From Eukaryota sp. GEM-RC1 (taxonomy: Eukaryota), in the NCBI GenBank assembly GCA_040285855.1, contig JAUFOQ010000003.1, positions 2,356,001 through 2,420,000 on the forward strand: DNA of 64,000 bases, written 5' to 3'. Made by a program: the position numbers and the translations under genes. This document shows positions 37,457 to 50,090 of the stretch, piece after piece. Under the pieces are notes generated by a model. The model had not been told where the DNA came from, ran no database searches, and saw only the letters and a program-made list of their open reading frames with translations. How positions within the stretch are numbered: position 1 is the first letter of the stretch; each line of letters starts with the position of its first letter.

Positions 37457-38095
37457 TAGCACTGGGCGTTCAGATCGGATTTCATTTCAGATTCGGATCG
37501 GATTCAAATCAGATTGAGATCCAACATAGCCTTTTTGTTCGGATTCGGATCCGGTTCGGATTTGATGGTTCGGATTCAGATTGGTTTCGGATATCCGTTA
37601 TCTGAAACCAGATTTTAAGTATAGAACTATGATACGACTGTGACCATATATGCAGGATTGAATCAACAAGATCTTTAATACATATATTCATCACATCAAT
37701 TAAATTGTTCCACTCCTATTAGGACAATGAAATTTAACTGTACAAGCCAAAATTCCAGTCCACTGATGCAACTACGCTCAAACATGAGTTTTTAGAAGGC
37801 GTTAATCCGCTTCTGATCTTTTTTCCAAGATTAATATTCATAATTAAAGTACCGTAGTCATTTTCAAAAATGTTTCTGGTATATTCATTTAAGTAATAAA
37901 ATGGCTATGGTGGTGGTGCTCTCATACAGTGAAGAAGAGACTAAGAGGAATCTGCTTGTTCGGATTTCAGATCGCGTTCAGATTGTAGTAGTTCAGGTCG
38001 GGGTCGGGTTTGGATGATGGTGGTTCGGATCAGATCGGATTCAGATACGAAAAATTTGGATCGGGTCGGATCGGATATTCGAACGCCCAGTGCTA
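37457..38095. mobile_element. hAT-type MITE
   Basis: Perfect 15-bp TIR TAGCACTGGGCGTTC; perfect 8-bp TSD CTATTTAC; subterminal TCGGAT repeats. Confidence 0.9.
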
Positions 38096-38146
38096 CTATT
38101 TACAATTACATATAAAAATTGCCAAGCTTCTTCTCTAATAACTATC

Positions 38147-38899
38147 ATGGAAATTCTTTCCACACTGCTTAGACAATTTTCCGAAAGATGTGAGAAATTT
38201 TTGTCCGTTTACTTACTACTGACACATTACAACAGAAAATACCCAGAAATGGGCAAATTTATTAAACCGCAAAGCAATATTGTACATTCTCCAACTTTTG
38301 AATTGGCAGTCGTGAAGATCTTGCGAGGAGAGGAGTTTCAACTCAGCGACTTCGAACGAGTAGTAACACTTAAGCTACTCAAAAACACGGCATTAGAAGA
38401 AGTAAGTCAAGATATAGAAGCCAGTGAGTCAGTTGCTCAAGAATACAGCAGAATGAAAGAACAAAGGAAATTAGAAGCCAGTGTTTCCCATTTCAACAAC
38501 TTACAGTATATCCCACCCACTTTAAATGCAGTCGAACGACTCTTCAGTCGCGCGCGACAGCTAATGGGTTTGTTGCGGTGTGCTCTTACCAATGCAAATC
38601 TTGAAATACAGCTATTTTTAATGATTCACAAAGACCTGTGGGATCAGGAAACTGTTTCATCTATTTTGAAAGACGACAATGATGAAGAAGAGGTTATTAT
38701 AGATTAGTGGTAAGAAGTATGTTATTTAAGGTGTGATTCCTTGTTATTTTATATTGAAAATAAACTGTATTGTTGTTGTTGATATTATGGGGTCCATAAT
38801 GGCCATAAGTATGGGAAGCGTAATTGATTGTGGCCATTATGGCGGCAAATGATTTGGACACAATCCATAATTTGGCCCATGCCATATTCCAAACCCCTG
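38147..38899 (+). mobile_element. hAT transposase C-terminal remnant with probable right end
   Basis: YIPPT.N.VERLFS..LEIQLFL..W dimerisation-type motif; ends CCAAACCCCTG after CCAT/ATGG repeats. Confidence 0.6.
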
Positions 38900-39000
38900 C
38901 ATTACAATGTATTTTTACATATAATATTGTCAGCAAAATTATCAATATGATGAAGGTTTTTGTAGTGAAAGAAGAAAATAATGCCACATATGTATATGCT

Positions 39001-39434
39001 TAGGAATGGGAAAACTCCAACTCGACTCGACCGCACTCGAAAAAATATTAGGACCCAAACTGGTTACCATTTTGCGTTTTGAATAAAGTTTCAGTATTTG
39101 GTACAAACTGTCTTCAAAATTTGGTAAGAAATTCAGACAGGTCTCGCTGGACGATAGTTTTAACTTTTTCGCCATTTCCGTGAAAGCATAGATAAGTAAA
39201 TTTCATTTTGGTCAATGATAACTACAAATAGTGTAACCGCCCTTGATATAGGTGTTGTTTGTAAATTATGTACAATACTCACTAAGGAATGCTAATGAAA
39301 AGAAAGTTTCACTCCAACTCGACTTACTGGTAAAATTCTGATGGAACTCCAACTCGTAGACATTTGGAGTGAAGTGGAATGAAGTGAAGGTTGTAGTCTT
39401 GGAGTAGAACTCGATTGAAGTTTCCCCATTCCTA
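39001..39434. mobile_element. hAT-type MITE; related copy at ~59390-60445
   Basis: TIR TAGGAATGGG(A/G)AAACT; imperfect TSD TATATGCT/TCCATGCT; CTCCA/ACTC subterminal repeats. Confidence 0.65.
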
Positions 39435-39614
39435 TCCATGCTGAACCAATTAATTGCCCAGACGTTCTCAGCAATTTTGATAATTTAACCTACAAGTGTA
39501 ATTACTGGGGACTATTACAATTGCAGTTTTCGCCAAGCCAATACGATTATTAAAGTCCAGGAATGCAAGCTCCTTAGTCAAGTTTTTCAAGAAAGTATAT
39601 TTAAGCCGTAAAAC

Positions 39615-40388
39615 CAGGGGTACTCAAAATTGAATTGCCAATTCAGTTATTGCCAATCAATTAAATCAATATAAACTGGTCGATCGTTAGACCCCACCAA
39701 TTAATTGTCCAATATCCAGTTATTGGTCTAATCAGTTTATTATGAATATGGAGCAGATCATTGATTGAAATCGGAAAAGTAGCTTTACAAAAATTTGTGA
39801 ACAAAAAGTTTTTTATCGAAATATCATACAGTATGTTCTACATTAGTCGATTCATAAATGAAATCTTTTCAGATTTATGCGTTTCAATTCGATAGTGCAC
39901 CAACATAAGGAAAGTTGTTTTAGTGGTTAAAGTGTCGAACAATTGTTATGGACAGTAATGCTGTTAATGGTGATCATGGTGAGGCTGGCGGACAGCGATG
40001 GATTTCTACCAGAAGATATTCTCTTAAGGAGAATAGAAGGGGAGCACAAAGTCCATGTGTTGCAATGAGTTTGATTAGTGATTGAACGACTATTTCCATG
40101 GCTAAATTTTTGGTTGCGCAGATAGGCTTTGACTGATGGAAATCTCAATTTGGAACTGATTATGAAGCGCAGCAAACCTTTGTGGGAATGAAAAGTCTTA
40201 ACGAAGATTTGTGAAGCAAATTGGTTTGCGGAAGTTGATTGTATTTTGAATTTAGTATGATAATTTACGATTTTGTTTTCATAAAACAATAACTGATTAA
40301 TTGGTCAATCAATTGCACTAATTGCAATATTTATTGTTTACATAATTTGAGAACCAATTAATTGCCAATTCAATTTTGAGTATCCCTG
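39615..40388. mobile_element. hAT-type MITE
   Basis: TIR CAGGG(G/A)TACTCAAAATTGAATTG at both ends; TSD degenerate. Confidence 0.7.
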
Positions 40389-40800
40389 TATAAACCTAAC
40401 CTCAAACGAATGTTGATAAACCATTCATGATCTTTTAAGTTGAAACAATATCTTTGAGGATATTGGGTAATCAAAGTAGAAGCCTCATCACTGGAAATGT
40501 CTTTCAAAAAAAGCACCAAAAGCGGGACTCTCGATTTTAGCCAAGCTAATACGATTTTTAAAGTCCAAGTGATCATGATAGTTGATAAATTTCTTCTGCA
40601 ATTTACGGACACATAGTGGAAAGGAGAACAAACTTCTTTGAGGGATCTCAGTAAAAGATATGGGAAAAGAGACGCCCAAATATCAGCATCAAGGTAATTG
40701 ATACAAATACAATTGCAATTCCTAAGCGACAATATATTCAGACACAAAGACACCTTTTGAGTAAATGTATGAAATTATTGATTGATTTCATCGAATAAAA
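40389..40800 (-). mobile_element. CRE-like non-LTR fragment
   Basis: CVRKLQKKF..LDFKNRISLAK..FNLKDHEWFINIRLRLGL, homologous to 48834-49478. Confidence 0.6.
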
Positions 40801-40810
40801 TAGCCCAATG

Positions 40811-42995
40811 TGTTGCCGTAAGGTCAACGTTGATAACAAAGAAGAGTTTATTGTACAGAGAAATCCTTAAGACTAAGTGACACGTCATCAGATGTGAAGA
40901 TATCTACTAGGTATCGCTATCTTCACTAACACTACTCCTTCTCAGCCTTTTTATAGGGTTTGTATAACAGCTATTGTCAAATGTATGTGTAGGTTCATCT
41001 ACGATGATGCAGTTGATGGATTCCACTTTGGCTGTATATGAGCATTCATTGGCTTTGTGGCCAGGTCTATGGCATTTAAAGCAACTGTCGCGTTTTCTGT
41101 CATTGGAACGCTGTTGGTTGCGAGATTCCACGGCTGGAAGAGAGTCGAGCACAGAACTGTCTTTCTTTAACCGCGAGAAAACTCGTGAAAGATCAAGAAG
41201 TTCATCAGAAGCAACAGAAATAACTTCAGGGAGAGAAGTTATGAGTTCATCGTTAATACGCGAAATCAATGAACCGGACAGACCTTTGGGACGAATCCCT
41301 CTGGCAAAACGCTTGACCAGAACCTTGTCTGGTAAGCTGAGAGATTCAGCTCGATCACGAATTCTCACAAACCTGCGCAGATACTCGTTCATCTGCTCAC
41401 TAGGTTCACAAATTCGTACATCCATACGCAACCCAGAAATCGTCTGGTTGAACTCCTCGTAAGTGGAGAATTGTACCTGGCAGTGATGCGAACAAATTAA
41501 TTTAAATTAAATTATTAATTCTACAGGCCAACAATTAATTCTAATTCTAATTCTACACGCCAACAATTAATTAATTTTAATTCTTCAGACCAACAATTAA
41601 TTAATTGCAATTAATTACAATTAATTCTGTATTACCATACGACAAAAATCAACATACTATCATTCTGAATCGACATCTATAACAAGCTCGGCCGAATTTA
41701 ATCCTGTTGTCTGATGAGGGTTCTTACTCACAATTGATTTGACTAAATCCAAGTTCCAAGAATCAGTGTTGTATAAAAGAAACAATTGTTTCTCTAACGT
41801 TTTTGATTGTAAACGTCCTCTCAGCTGCCCTATAATTAGATAAGTAAGAAGAAATACCAAGAGTTAATTTTGGACGACTGAATAGTCTTTCCACCTAGTT
41901 AGAAGTTGATGGAATAAATGATAAGTCTAAGTATTCCGAAGCAGTGTTTTTGGAATAGTATCGACGTTATCAAGCTTTTCGTTGAAGCTCTTGACAAGAT
42001 GAGCATTGTTTTCATTTTCATTTTCAGTAGGTGGAATTCTTTTCAGTTTACTGACTGATGCCTTTTCTGCACCAGTGAGTTCTCTCTCATATCCTTCAAG
42101 TATCTTGATTACTCCATTTTCAAAGTCGGGGGACTCAAAGATCGGTGATGCCGGGCTATAACATGTGTAAGATCGCATAGCTGGATATTCCTCATGTAGA
42201 ACGTCAAACATTCTCTTGGCCTTGTGAAGAGGAACTTCTGAAACTTGCAACTTCTTTGTAATTGTGTTCAGCTGGTCAAATTTTGAAGTCATTTCATCAA
42301 TCATTTCTGTTTACATTCGGTCAGGCAGATGTTGTTTCACTTCAATCGGGCTGTGGTTCAACAAAGGTAAAAAAGAACAAGGCTATCTCTTTGGGAGTTG
42401 GAGAAGACGACATAAGGTGAAGAAATGGGAATTATAAAATTAATTTTACTAGTAGTAATTGCCGTTTATTAATTATAATTCTAAGGTGTAACAATTAATT
42501 AATTATAATTTTAAGCGGCTAGAATTAATTAATTATAATTTTAAGCGGCTAGAATTAATTAATTCTCAGGGAATTAATTCAATTAATTTTTTCGCATCAC
42601 TGGTACCTGCCGTTTGAGATACTCAAGGAGAGCCTCATCAGAAGCTTCAAGGTCAGGCTCGGAGAATGGAGCGACCTGAGCAAAACCGGACCCAGCATAA
42701 GCCGGAGGGTTACCTGATGCTTCTTGTCTGTAATAGACATATACACATCAACTTCCTCGAGGAAGGTTTGAATCTCGTTCCTTGTGAAGGTTGCAAGCTT
42801 TGGCGGGACAAAGAAAGCAAGATCACGGAACTTTCTGGGGTTAGTAGATGAGACAGTCATAGGCCAATAATTATTGTTGTCGTAAGGTCAACGTTGATAA
42901 GAAAGAAGAGTTTATTGTACAGAGAAATCCTTAAGACTAAGTGACACGTCATCAGATGTGAAGATATCTACTAGGTATCGCTATCTTCACTAACA
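40811..42995 (-). mobile_element. Non-autonomous gag-only LTR retroelement with 121-bp LTRs
   Basis: LTRs at 40811-40931 and 42875-42995 (TGTT..AACA, 2 mismatches seen); 4-bp TSD AATG; PPT GAGAAGGAGTAG; gag with CFKCHRPGHKANEC; no pol. Confidence 0.9.
41481..42602 (-). mobile_element. Internally deleted hAT element inserted in the gag gene
   Basis: TIR CAGTGATGCGAA; TSD GTACCTGG/GTACCTGC; transposase C-terminal remnant (IPSTSN.VERLFS, LEKQLFL); AATTAATT subterminal repeats. Confidence 0.85.
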
Positions 42996-43441
42996 AATGT
43001 TTGTTCGGACTAATGCACACTCGACTTGACCAAGCCTCTTAGTTCAGTCGCCTCCAATTTTGTAAGTCGAGTCAAGTCTAAGTGCCAGTGAACTTAGCGT
43101 GGAGCCAAGTGCGACTAGACTCGACTGAGTTCAGTCGTGTTTGTAACAGTCAAAATCAGATTTCTACGTACCAACATTGCAAAAATTCTTGCCACTAAAG
43201 AACAAGTCGAAAAGAGATTGAAGAACTGCTATCATACACACAAATTGAAGTATCAAGCTATCAACTACTGAATTACAGTAAAAACGATACGATTCAACCA
43301 TAACCAACGAATGATCAAAGAGTTTGTTCATCCTCTTTAATGATACAATAAGAAGTGAAGTTACTACTAAATACAGAATCATACATATATTATGTGAATT
43401 TCATGAAACTTTAGTGAATATACTATACGAAAAGAATTTGG

Positions 43442-46223
43442 CTACATTAGAAGTAAGTGCATTCCCATAATATCTTCAAGAGAGAGATTTCCTGGTCGAA
43501 CATCCAAACCAACAGGTTTTTCAGTTTCACCGCGAAGTCCTGTGCTGGTGTATGTAGTAACTTCCATTATTCCTTCTTCAGTTATGGAATACTGTACAGA
43601 AATTGTAATAGAACCAGCAGGTGCAGGAGACAAAGGACCAACAGTCAAATCGCAAAGTACTTCCCCCAACCCTTCAGTAAGAGCTTGTTGTTCGACTTTT
43701 GCAAAAATATCGACAGAGCTACCCCCAGCTACTGCAATGGCACTGTTCAAATTCACAGCTTGTTTGGCAAGTGCAACAGAATCAATATCATCAACTCTAT
43801 TCTGGGTTAACCAGTAGAGATAGTTCAATTGATCTTTGAGGCTGGGATTTTGATTAGAACACCACTCATAAATCGTGGCTGGTTTGTTTTGACACGTTCG
43901 ATATCGTTCATGATTATACAACAGATTAATACAACACTTGAGTGTGGCCTTTGCCCAAGTTCGAACATCTGCATTAACCAACGTTTCATCTTGATCATTG
44001 GAAGACATCAATGCTAAATTCCAGTGTTTAAAGACTTTGATTAAATCGTCCAAAGTAACTGTACCAGCAGCATCAACAATAAATTTTCGGGTGTTTTCAT
44101 CAATTGTGGTACTCCCTTTCGGATCATCGACAATGAGATAGTTCTCAGCAAACATACTGACAGAAGATCGTTGAGTATTCCAAGGAAGTAATCTAGGCTT
44201 AAGGGGGATAAACTTGTCAGGAAGAACAACTACAGTTCGAGGTGTATAAACTCTGTCGAATATGTGATCAAGCTGATTATTAATTTCACTGTCACTATGA
44301 GCTTGGAACAATGGTGGTACCAACAAAGAGCCTTCCTCACCACGAAGAGCACTGCGGAATGTGAAACACACATGTGTGGGAAAATCAGAACCAATACCGA
44401 GAGTAGTGACTTCGAACTTGGCATTGATCGTTTTGAGTTTATCGTAGACTAACTGTGTTTGTCGAGAGAATTGGTTTTTAAAATCATCATTGATCACATC
44501 CATACCATCAGAGACGAGTAATACTCGATATATAATGGTGTGATTCATACCAGAATTTGATGCATAATCATCATGAATAAAATCTGCAGTTTAGTTTAAG
44601 GCTTTAATGATATCAGCTCTGCCTGACGAAGATGAATTTCGCAGATCTGATAAGGATTTGGTTGTAGAAACTAAATGGTTGAACAGTACAGCACCAGAAA
44701 ATGTTGAATTGTCACCTAAAGAGGAAAGCTTCGAATATAATCGTTCAGTCAAAGTAGAAAAATGGCCTCTCATCGAAGAAGAACGATCAATAACTAGAAC
44801 GTAACGGTATTTTACCTTCATACACAACTGTGTAAGGGCAACATCAGAAACACGAACAATCATTTTAGGTTTTTCAGGAAGATGAGTACATTGGATTACA
44901 CTTACAACAGCATTTTGTTGTCCATCAATGGTGGTCTTAAAAGTCTTGCGGATAGAACATTCTTTTAAGGGAGTACCTTTTTCTAGGACCATTTCCAGAC
45001 CATCATGTACAGGTGTCACAATTGATGATCCAAGAACGTCATGAAGAATGATGTCTGTACCTGATTTGCTAGCCAAAATGGCTGCTCCCAAAGCAACAGC
45101 TTCATCACAGTTAGGTCTTTTTAGTAGATCAACGCCAGGGAAAACAGACGATAAGCGCTCAGCGATACCAGGTAGTAGAGTAGAGCCACCAACAAGAAGA
45201 ATGTTGTCAACGCTTTGTGGAGAGATTCTATTCAACTCAAGAAATTGATTCAAGTTTTGGAAAACCCTGTCGGAGAAAGGAGCACATATAGTTCGAAGCT
45301 CTTGTTGAGTTAAAGTAAGTTGAGAATTGAGAAACGAGAAGGAATGTTGAGGGACTTGTGATAAGTAGCATTTAGCTTCTTCCACTACTTGTCTCAGACA
45401 TTCAAGGTCGGATTTCTCCAACCCATGTCCGACACGAGTCTTGAAATAGTCAACGAGAAGTCTGTCAACAACAGAGCCACCCAATGTACGATCACCTCCT
45501 GTATGAATGACCTGAACTTCACGTGAAGTAAGATGGGCAAGGCATAAATCAAACGTCCCTCCTCCTAAGGTGAGTATTCTACAAAAACATACCTAAATCA
45601 AAAATGAGGACCCTTTTTCCTACCAATGATGGGTGATAATACAGAAACGCAACTGCTGCGGCCGTTGGTTCACACACGAGTCTTGGGTTTTCAAATCCTG
45701 CAATGATGGCCGCATCTTTGGTAGCCTTGCGTTGTCTCTCGTCAAATTCATAAGGAATGGTGATATACACAGACGGAAATGACTGTTGTCCGGTGGCTTT
45801 AGCAGCCACAGATTGGAGCTTCTGCAATATAACAGCTGATATGAATTCAGGAGTGTAGTGAGTGTTTTCGCCATCCTTGTCTATCATAATGGAAAGTCTA
45901 TTCTGAGCGTCTAAATCGATTTCATATGGAAGATCTCTTAATTCACGGGCAAGGTTGTTGTCTTCCATCAGATTCCTTCTTAGATCGGATGGGTTGGACG
46001 AGATGTCTAGATGACGGCCAATAACGCGTTTAACCTGTGTAACAACATTTTTAGGGTACTTTCTTGCATCTCTCAAAGCTGGCTTGCCACATTTGGGTTT
46101 GGAAGAGTGGAAACTTACGACAGACGGAACAACCTTATTTGACCTGTCGCAAACGATTATTAGCCCATTATCATCACAAATAGCGACCAATGAGTTGGTT
46201 GTTCCGAGATCGATTCCGATCAT
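43442..46223 (-). CDS. Hsp70-like protein with a vWA domain inserted in the SBD; 28-nt intron 45565-45592; in-frame TAA at 44591-44593 (possible pseudogene)
   Basis: GIDLGTTNS, EPTAAA, FDLG|GGTFD after splicing, LVGGST, DEAVALGAA; vWA VIDRSSSM, LVSDG, LGIG; SBD tail LSPAPAG..ISVQYSITEEGIMEV. Confidence 0.8.
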
Positions 46224-47649
46224 GAAGAGAAGATTTTTAACTTCAACAAGAGAATTTGTAAACTTGCGGCATAAACTTCTTCATCCACATACTCTTTATA
46301 TGTCAAATACACGTTACTGCGACATCAGCAACCTTCCTGATGACTTAAGAAAACCCTTTGACTCCATTCATGACGCCTTCTAAGAATGTGTATAATTTAT
46401 ACCGAACAAGGATACAGCCTCTGTAAGAGAAAAACTATTGCAGGAGGATTGTGTATCCATTGTAATCATGGGTCTCCTCGAATTGCCGATGATGGTGATG
46501 ATGAAGAAGGAACTTCATGTAATACCAGGTTTTTCCAACTCTCATGTCCTTTCCGAATATATTGTGCCTTGACATCGAGGAATATCTTAGTGATGGTACT
46601 TCCAACATTAACATCTTCTCTGCCCATAAATTCAAGTCTTTATCTTCTGAAATAAGACTTAAAGTTTACAAAACCTTTGTGGTTCGTTGTAGTGTCAGAA
46701 TTACTCGTGATATACTCTTTCAAGAAGGAATAAGGAATCTAACAGTAAATGATCTTTATAATGCAAATCGACTATTTTGATTGTGACGGATGTCATAGAA
46801 GAGTGTATGGTATACTATGTGCTCACGAGCTACAACAGGTGCGGAAATGGCTTAGTCTAAGATTTCATGTGCAGTGGTTGCTACAGAAAAGGTATGAAGA
46901 CGATTCTGAGGATGAAGAAGATCTGATCGACATTTGGTATCGTAACTGGGCGTCCTACAATGTATATATATGTGCAACAGATAGGAGCAAGAAAATATCA
47001 CTGCAAGTAATGAATGAACCTCTTCTGCCTCCATCTGATGACCATGCAAACACTGACGTGCAAGATCCCATTCAAACGAATACTACTGGGCAATCAACTC
47101 CTATTCCGAGAAAGAAAGCTGTTTGTAAGAACAGTAATGAATTAGGTCATTATTAAAAGATATGGAGGTGAAATTGGTCATAAGCGTAAAGAATGTACAG
47201 TATAAGTTGTAGTGTTGCAATAAAGATGTCTTAGAACTATACATCAGAAACAGGTGAAGAGGAAGTTTTATGCAAGGCAACAATTTTTGTGCCACAGAAA
47301 AACAGTGTCGTGCCATTGTTTGCCATACACGGATAGACTCCCATACGTCCATAAGCCCATACGCATATGGCATTTTCTGTTTTGCCATACACATTTTGAC
47401 TACATGTATCTGTATTTCAACTTCTTCGACCCAGAGACTCTATGACTTGCTTATAAATATGTAGACAAATATATGTTATTGAAAACTAAACCTCCACTTC
47501 ATCCATCTCGTTTCAAAAATATTGGCTATCAGGATACCACATCTGTTGCCATTGCTGGATGTGTTTGGTCTGAGTTCCATTGATGTGCATAGAAATAGGC
47601 GTGGGAAAACAATATTGCATTAAATATATAATGTACATATTTTAGCCAT

Positions 47650-50090
47650 ATTTTAAGGCTCATGGATTTCATGCCAAAGTTGAACCTTAATTTAGTATGT
47701 TGGGTCCTTTTTAATTAATAATTCTCGTCGAGGTGACATATATGGTCCTTTTGTTGATTCTAGGCAAATTATCCTTGATGTTACAACAGTACATCCATGT
47801 GCTCAAACTTATGTTGATGGTTTAAATTCAAAAGGTTTCATTCGTCTAGAAACAGCCAAAAACGTAAAATTGATTTGTATTCCAAAGATGTTGCTAAACT
47901 CAATCAAAATTTATAGGGATAAAATTTTTTCCCCAAAATGATCCAAAATGTTACCAGATCCCCTTCAATAATTTCAATTTATCAATTTGGAAATATTTGT
48001 GAAAATTGTGAAAGAAAAAACATCTACTGTAGGAGATTTGATCTTAGATTTTGGAAAAATCGAATTGTGTTTGCTATCGTTAAAGGTATGGTGACTTCTA
48101 TATCTAGCGCTTTATTATCTCTGGGCAGACATTATGAGGACAAGGTAGGTGAGAATTTCCAGATAAGGAATCTGGACTTTGAGGATATTGATCGGGATCG
48201 GAAAAATATATTGCAATATATTTCTAACATAAAAAATCTACAATAAATATATTGGGATACTGCTCTTTGAGGGATATCTTGTCTTCTCGGATTCTCAGGT
48301 CGTTGTTGCTCGGATAACAACTGTTTCAGTTTAGGGATCAATAAGCCCTTCTGGATGGAGGAAAGACTCTCAATGTTGTTCCAAAAAAACATCAGTTCAA
48401 AAGAGGTATCAAGAGGGGGATCTTGAGCAATTGGAGGATCTAACACAGCAATAGATGGCTCTGGGTCCAATTGCCATTGAGGATGGAAATTGTTGACAGA
48501 AAGCTGCTCATCAGCAGCGAGGAGTGATTGGATCTGTGTAGCAAGCGGAAGTCCTTTTGCAGTAGGAATCAAAACCTTAGGAATCAAAAGGAGCAAAACC
48601 TTGTTCAAAAGCCCATCGTCTGAGTGTTTGCTCTAGATCGTCTCGAGTGTCAAACTCGTAAAAAGGTGGCTTTGTAATTCGAGGATCACGTAACTTGTCA
48701 ATTTCCCTTCTCATAAATAATTTCAATTAAGCACAATTTTGTTGGTAACAAAGACTCTTCACTTCCTTCTCATTGTTTCACTTCTACTTCTTTTGGTGGT
48801 ATTGGTTTCACGAAAGCTAAGTGATGGTGCCTTTTGGGGCCTTTAAGAATTTTTTGTTATCCTGTGTTATGGAAAACGAAAGATTTTTTACTTCACTCAT
48901 CTTGTACATGGTTAATTAGTCTTCAAACTTTAATTGATAGTCTTGACTCCAATTTGTGGTTAGAGTTATTTCCTGTTGGGGTAACAGAAATTCAGCAGAG
49001 AAGCATTTTCTCTTTGCCTTTGTGTGTTCGCAAGTTACAGAAGAAGTTTGTTTTGTTTCACGAAAGCTTGGACTTTAAAAACCGTATTAGCTTGGCTAAG
49101 ACTAAGAGTCCCGCTTTTGGTGCTTTTTTGAATCATATTTCTTCAAGCGCTGCGTATTCATTTGTTTCTCGTTTGCCAAGAAAATTTTGTTTTAATCTTA
49201 AGGATCATGAATGGCTTATAAACATGAGACTTAGGTTAGGTTTATGGCCTTCAGGTCTTTTGAAGCATTCTCCATGTCTTTGTGGTCGTTCAAAGGCTTC
49301 AAATTTTCATCATTTAGTTAACTGTCATCAATTTATTATTTTAGATCAATTATTCACAACAGTATCCGTGATACATGTTTGGATATGTTTAAGGCTAATG
49401 GTTTTCATGGACAAATTGAACCTTTACTTGCTAATCTTTCTGATCAGCCAAAAGTTGATAGAAGTCGTGGTGATTTGATTGGTCCTTGGTTATCTTGTCA
49501 GGAAATTATCATGGATTTCACAACTGTTGATCCTTGTAATTCAAGATCAATTTCCAAAATTTTTGATGATGATTTTTCTGCTCTTGAAGTGGCTGAAAAA
49601 GGAAAAAATACAAAGTACTGTCACTTAACTAAGAAATTGAATGTTGACAGGTACAATTCTTTTGTGTTTCAACCTTTGCGATGTCGATATACGGTAATAT
49701 TGGACGAGCTGCACAAGGTTTTTTAACTTCCTTTGGTAAATTGTATTCTGAGTACAGTAAAGTTTTCAATGAAAATTTTTGGTTGAGCAGGTTAACGTTT
49801 GCGTTGTTTCGTTCAATGCCAGATATTTTAATTCAATTTTAGGTAAGTTGTTCGGTGATGGACAGAAGGATCATAGTTTAGATACTTTAGTTAGTGCCTG
49901 TTAGTTATTAACTTCTACAAATGCATTTGTTTCACTGACTGATCATAAACCCCGTTTTTTTATTTAGCACAATATTTTTCCATTATATATTTTTCACCCA
50001 ATCAACAGGGGGTTTTTAGCATTAGATTTAGCAAGTTTTTGTTGGAATCATTACAGACAACAATAGACATAACACAGCCTAAAGAATCGT
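47650..50090 (+). mobile_element. Mosaic of CRE-like non-LTR fragments (RT thumb, Zn knuckle, REL)
   Basis: FGGIGF, CLCG..HLVNC, RGDL..DFTTVDP..AEKGK..KY. Pieces match 330-540, 870-990 and 2340-2600 in mixed orientation. Confidence 0.65.

Noticed and set aside
37470..38085. CRISPR-like array in TCGGAT, GAAACG, AATTAATT or AATACA repeat clusters
   Set aside because: Short, irregular, in both orientations and adjacent to TIRs; these are subterminal transposase-binding repeats with no repeat-spacer periodicity.
44591..44593. TAA reassigned to an amino acid (non-standard genetic code)
   Set aside because: Long conserved ORFs contain no in-frame TAA/TAG and several end in TAA or TAG; a single case fits a nonsense mutation or error.
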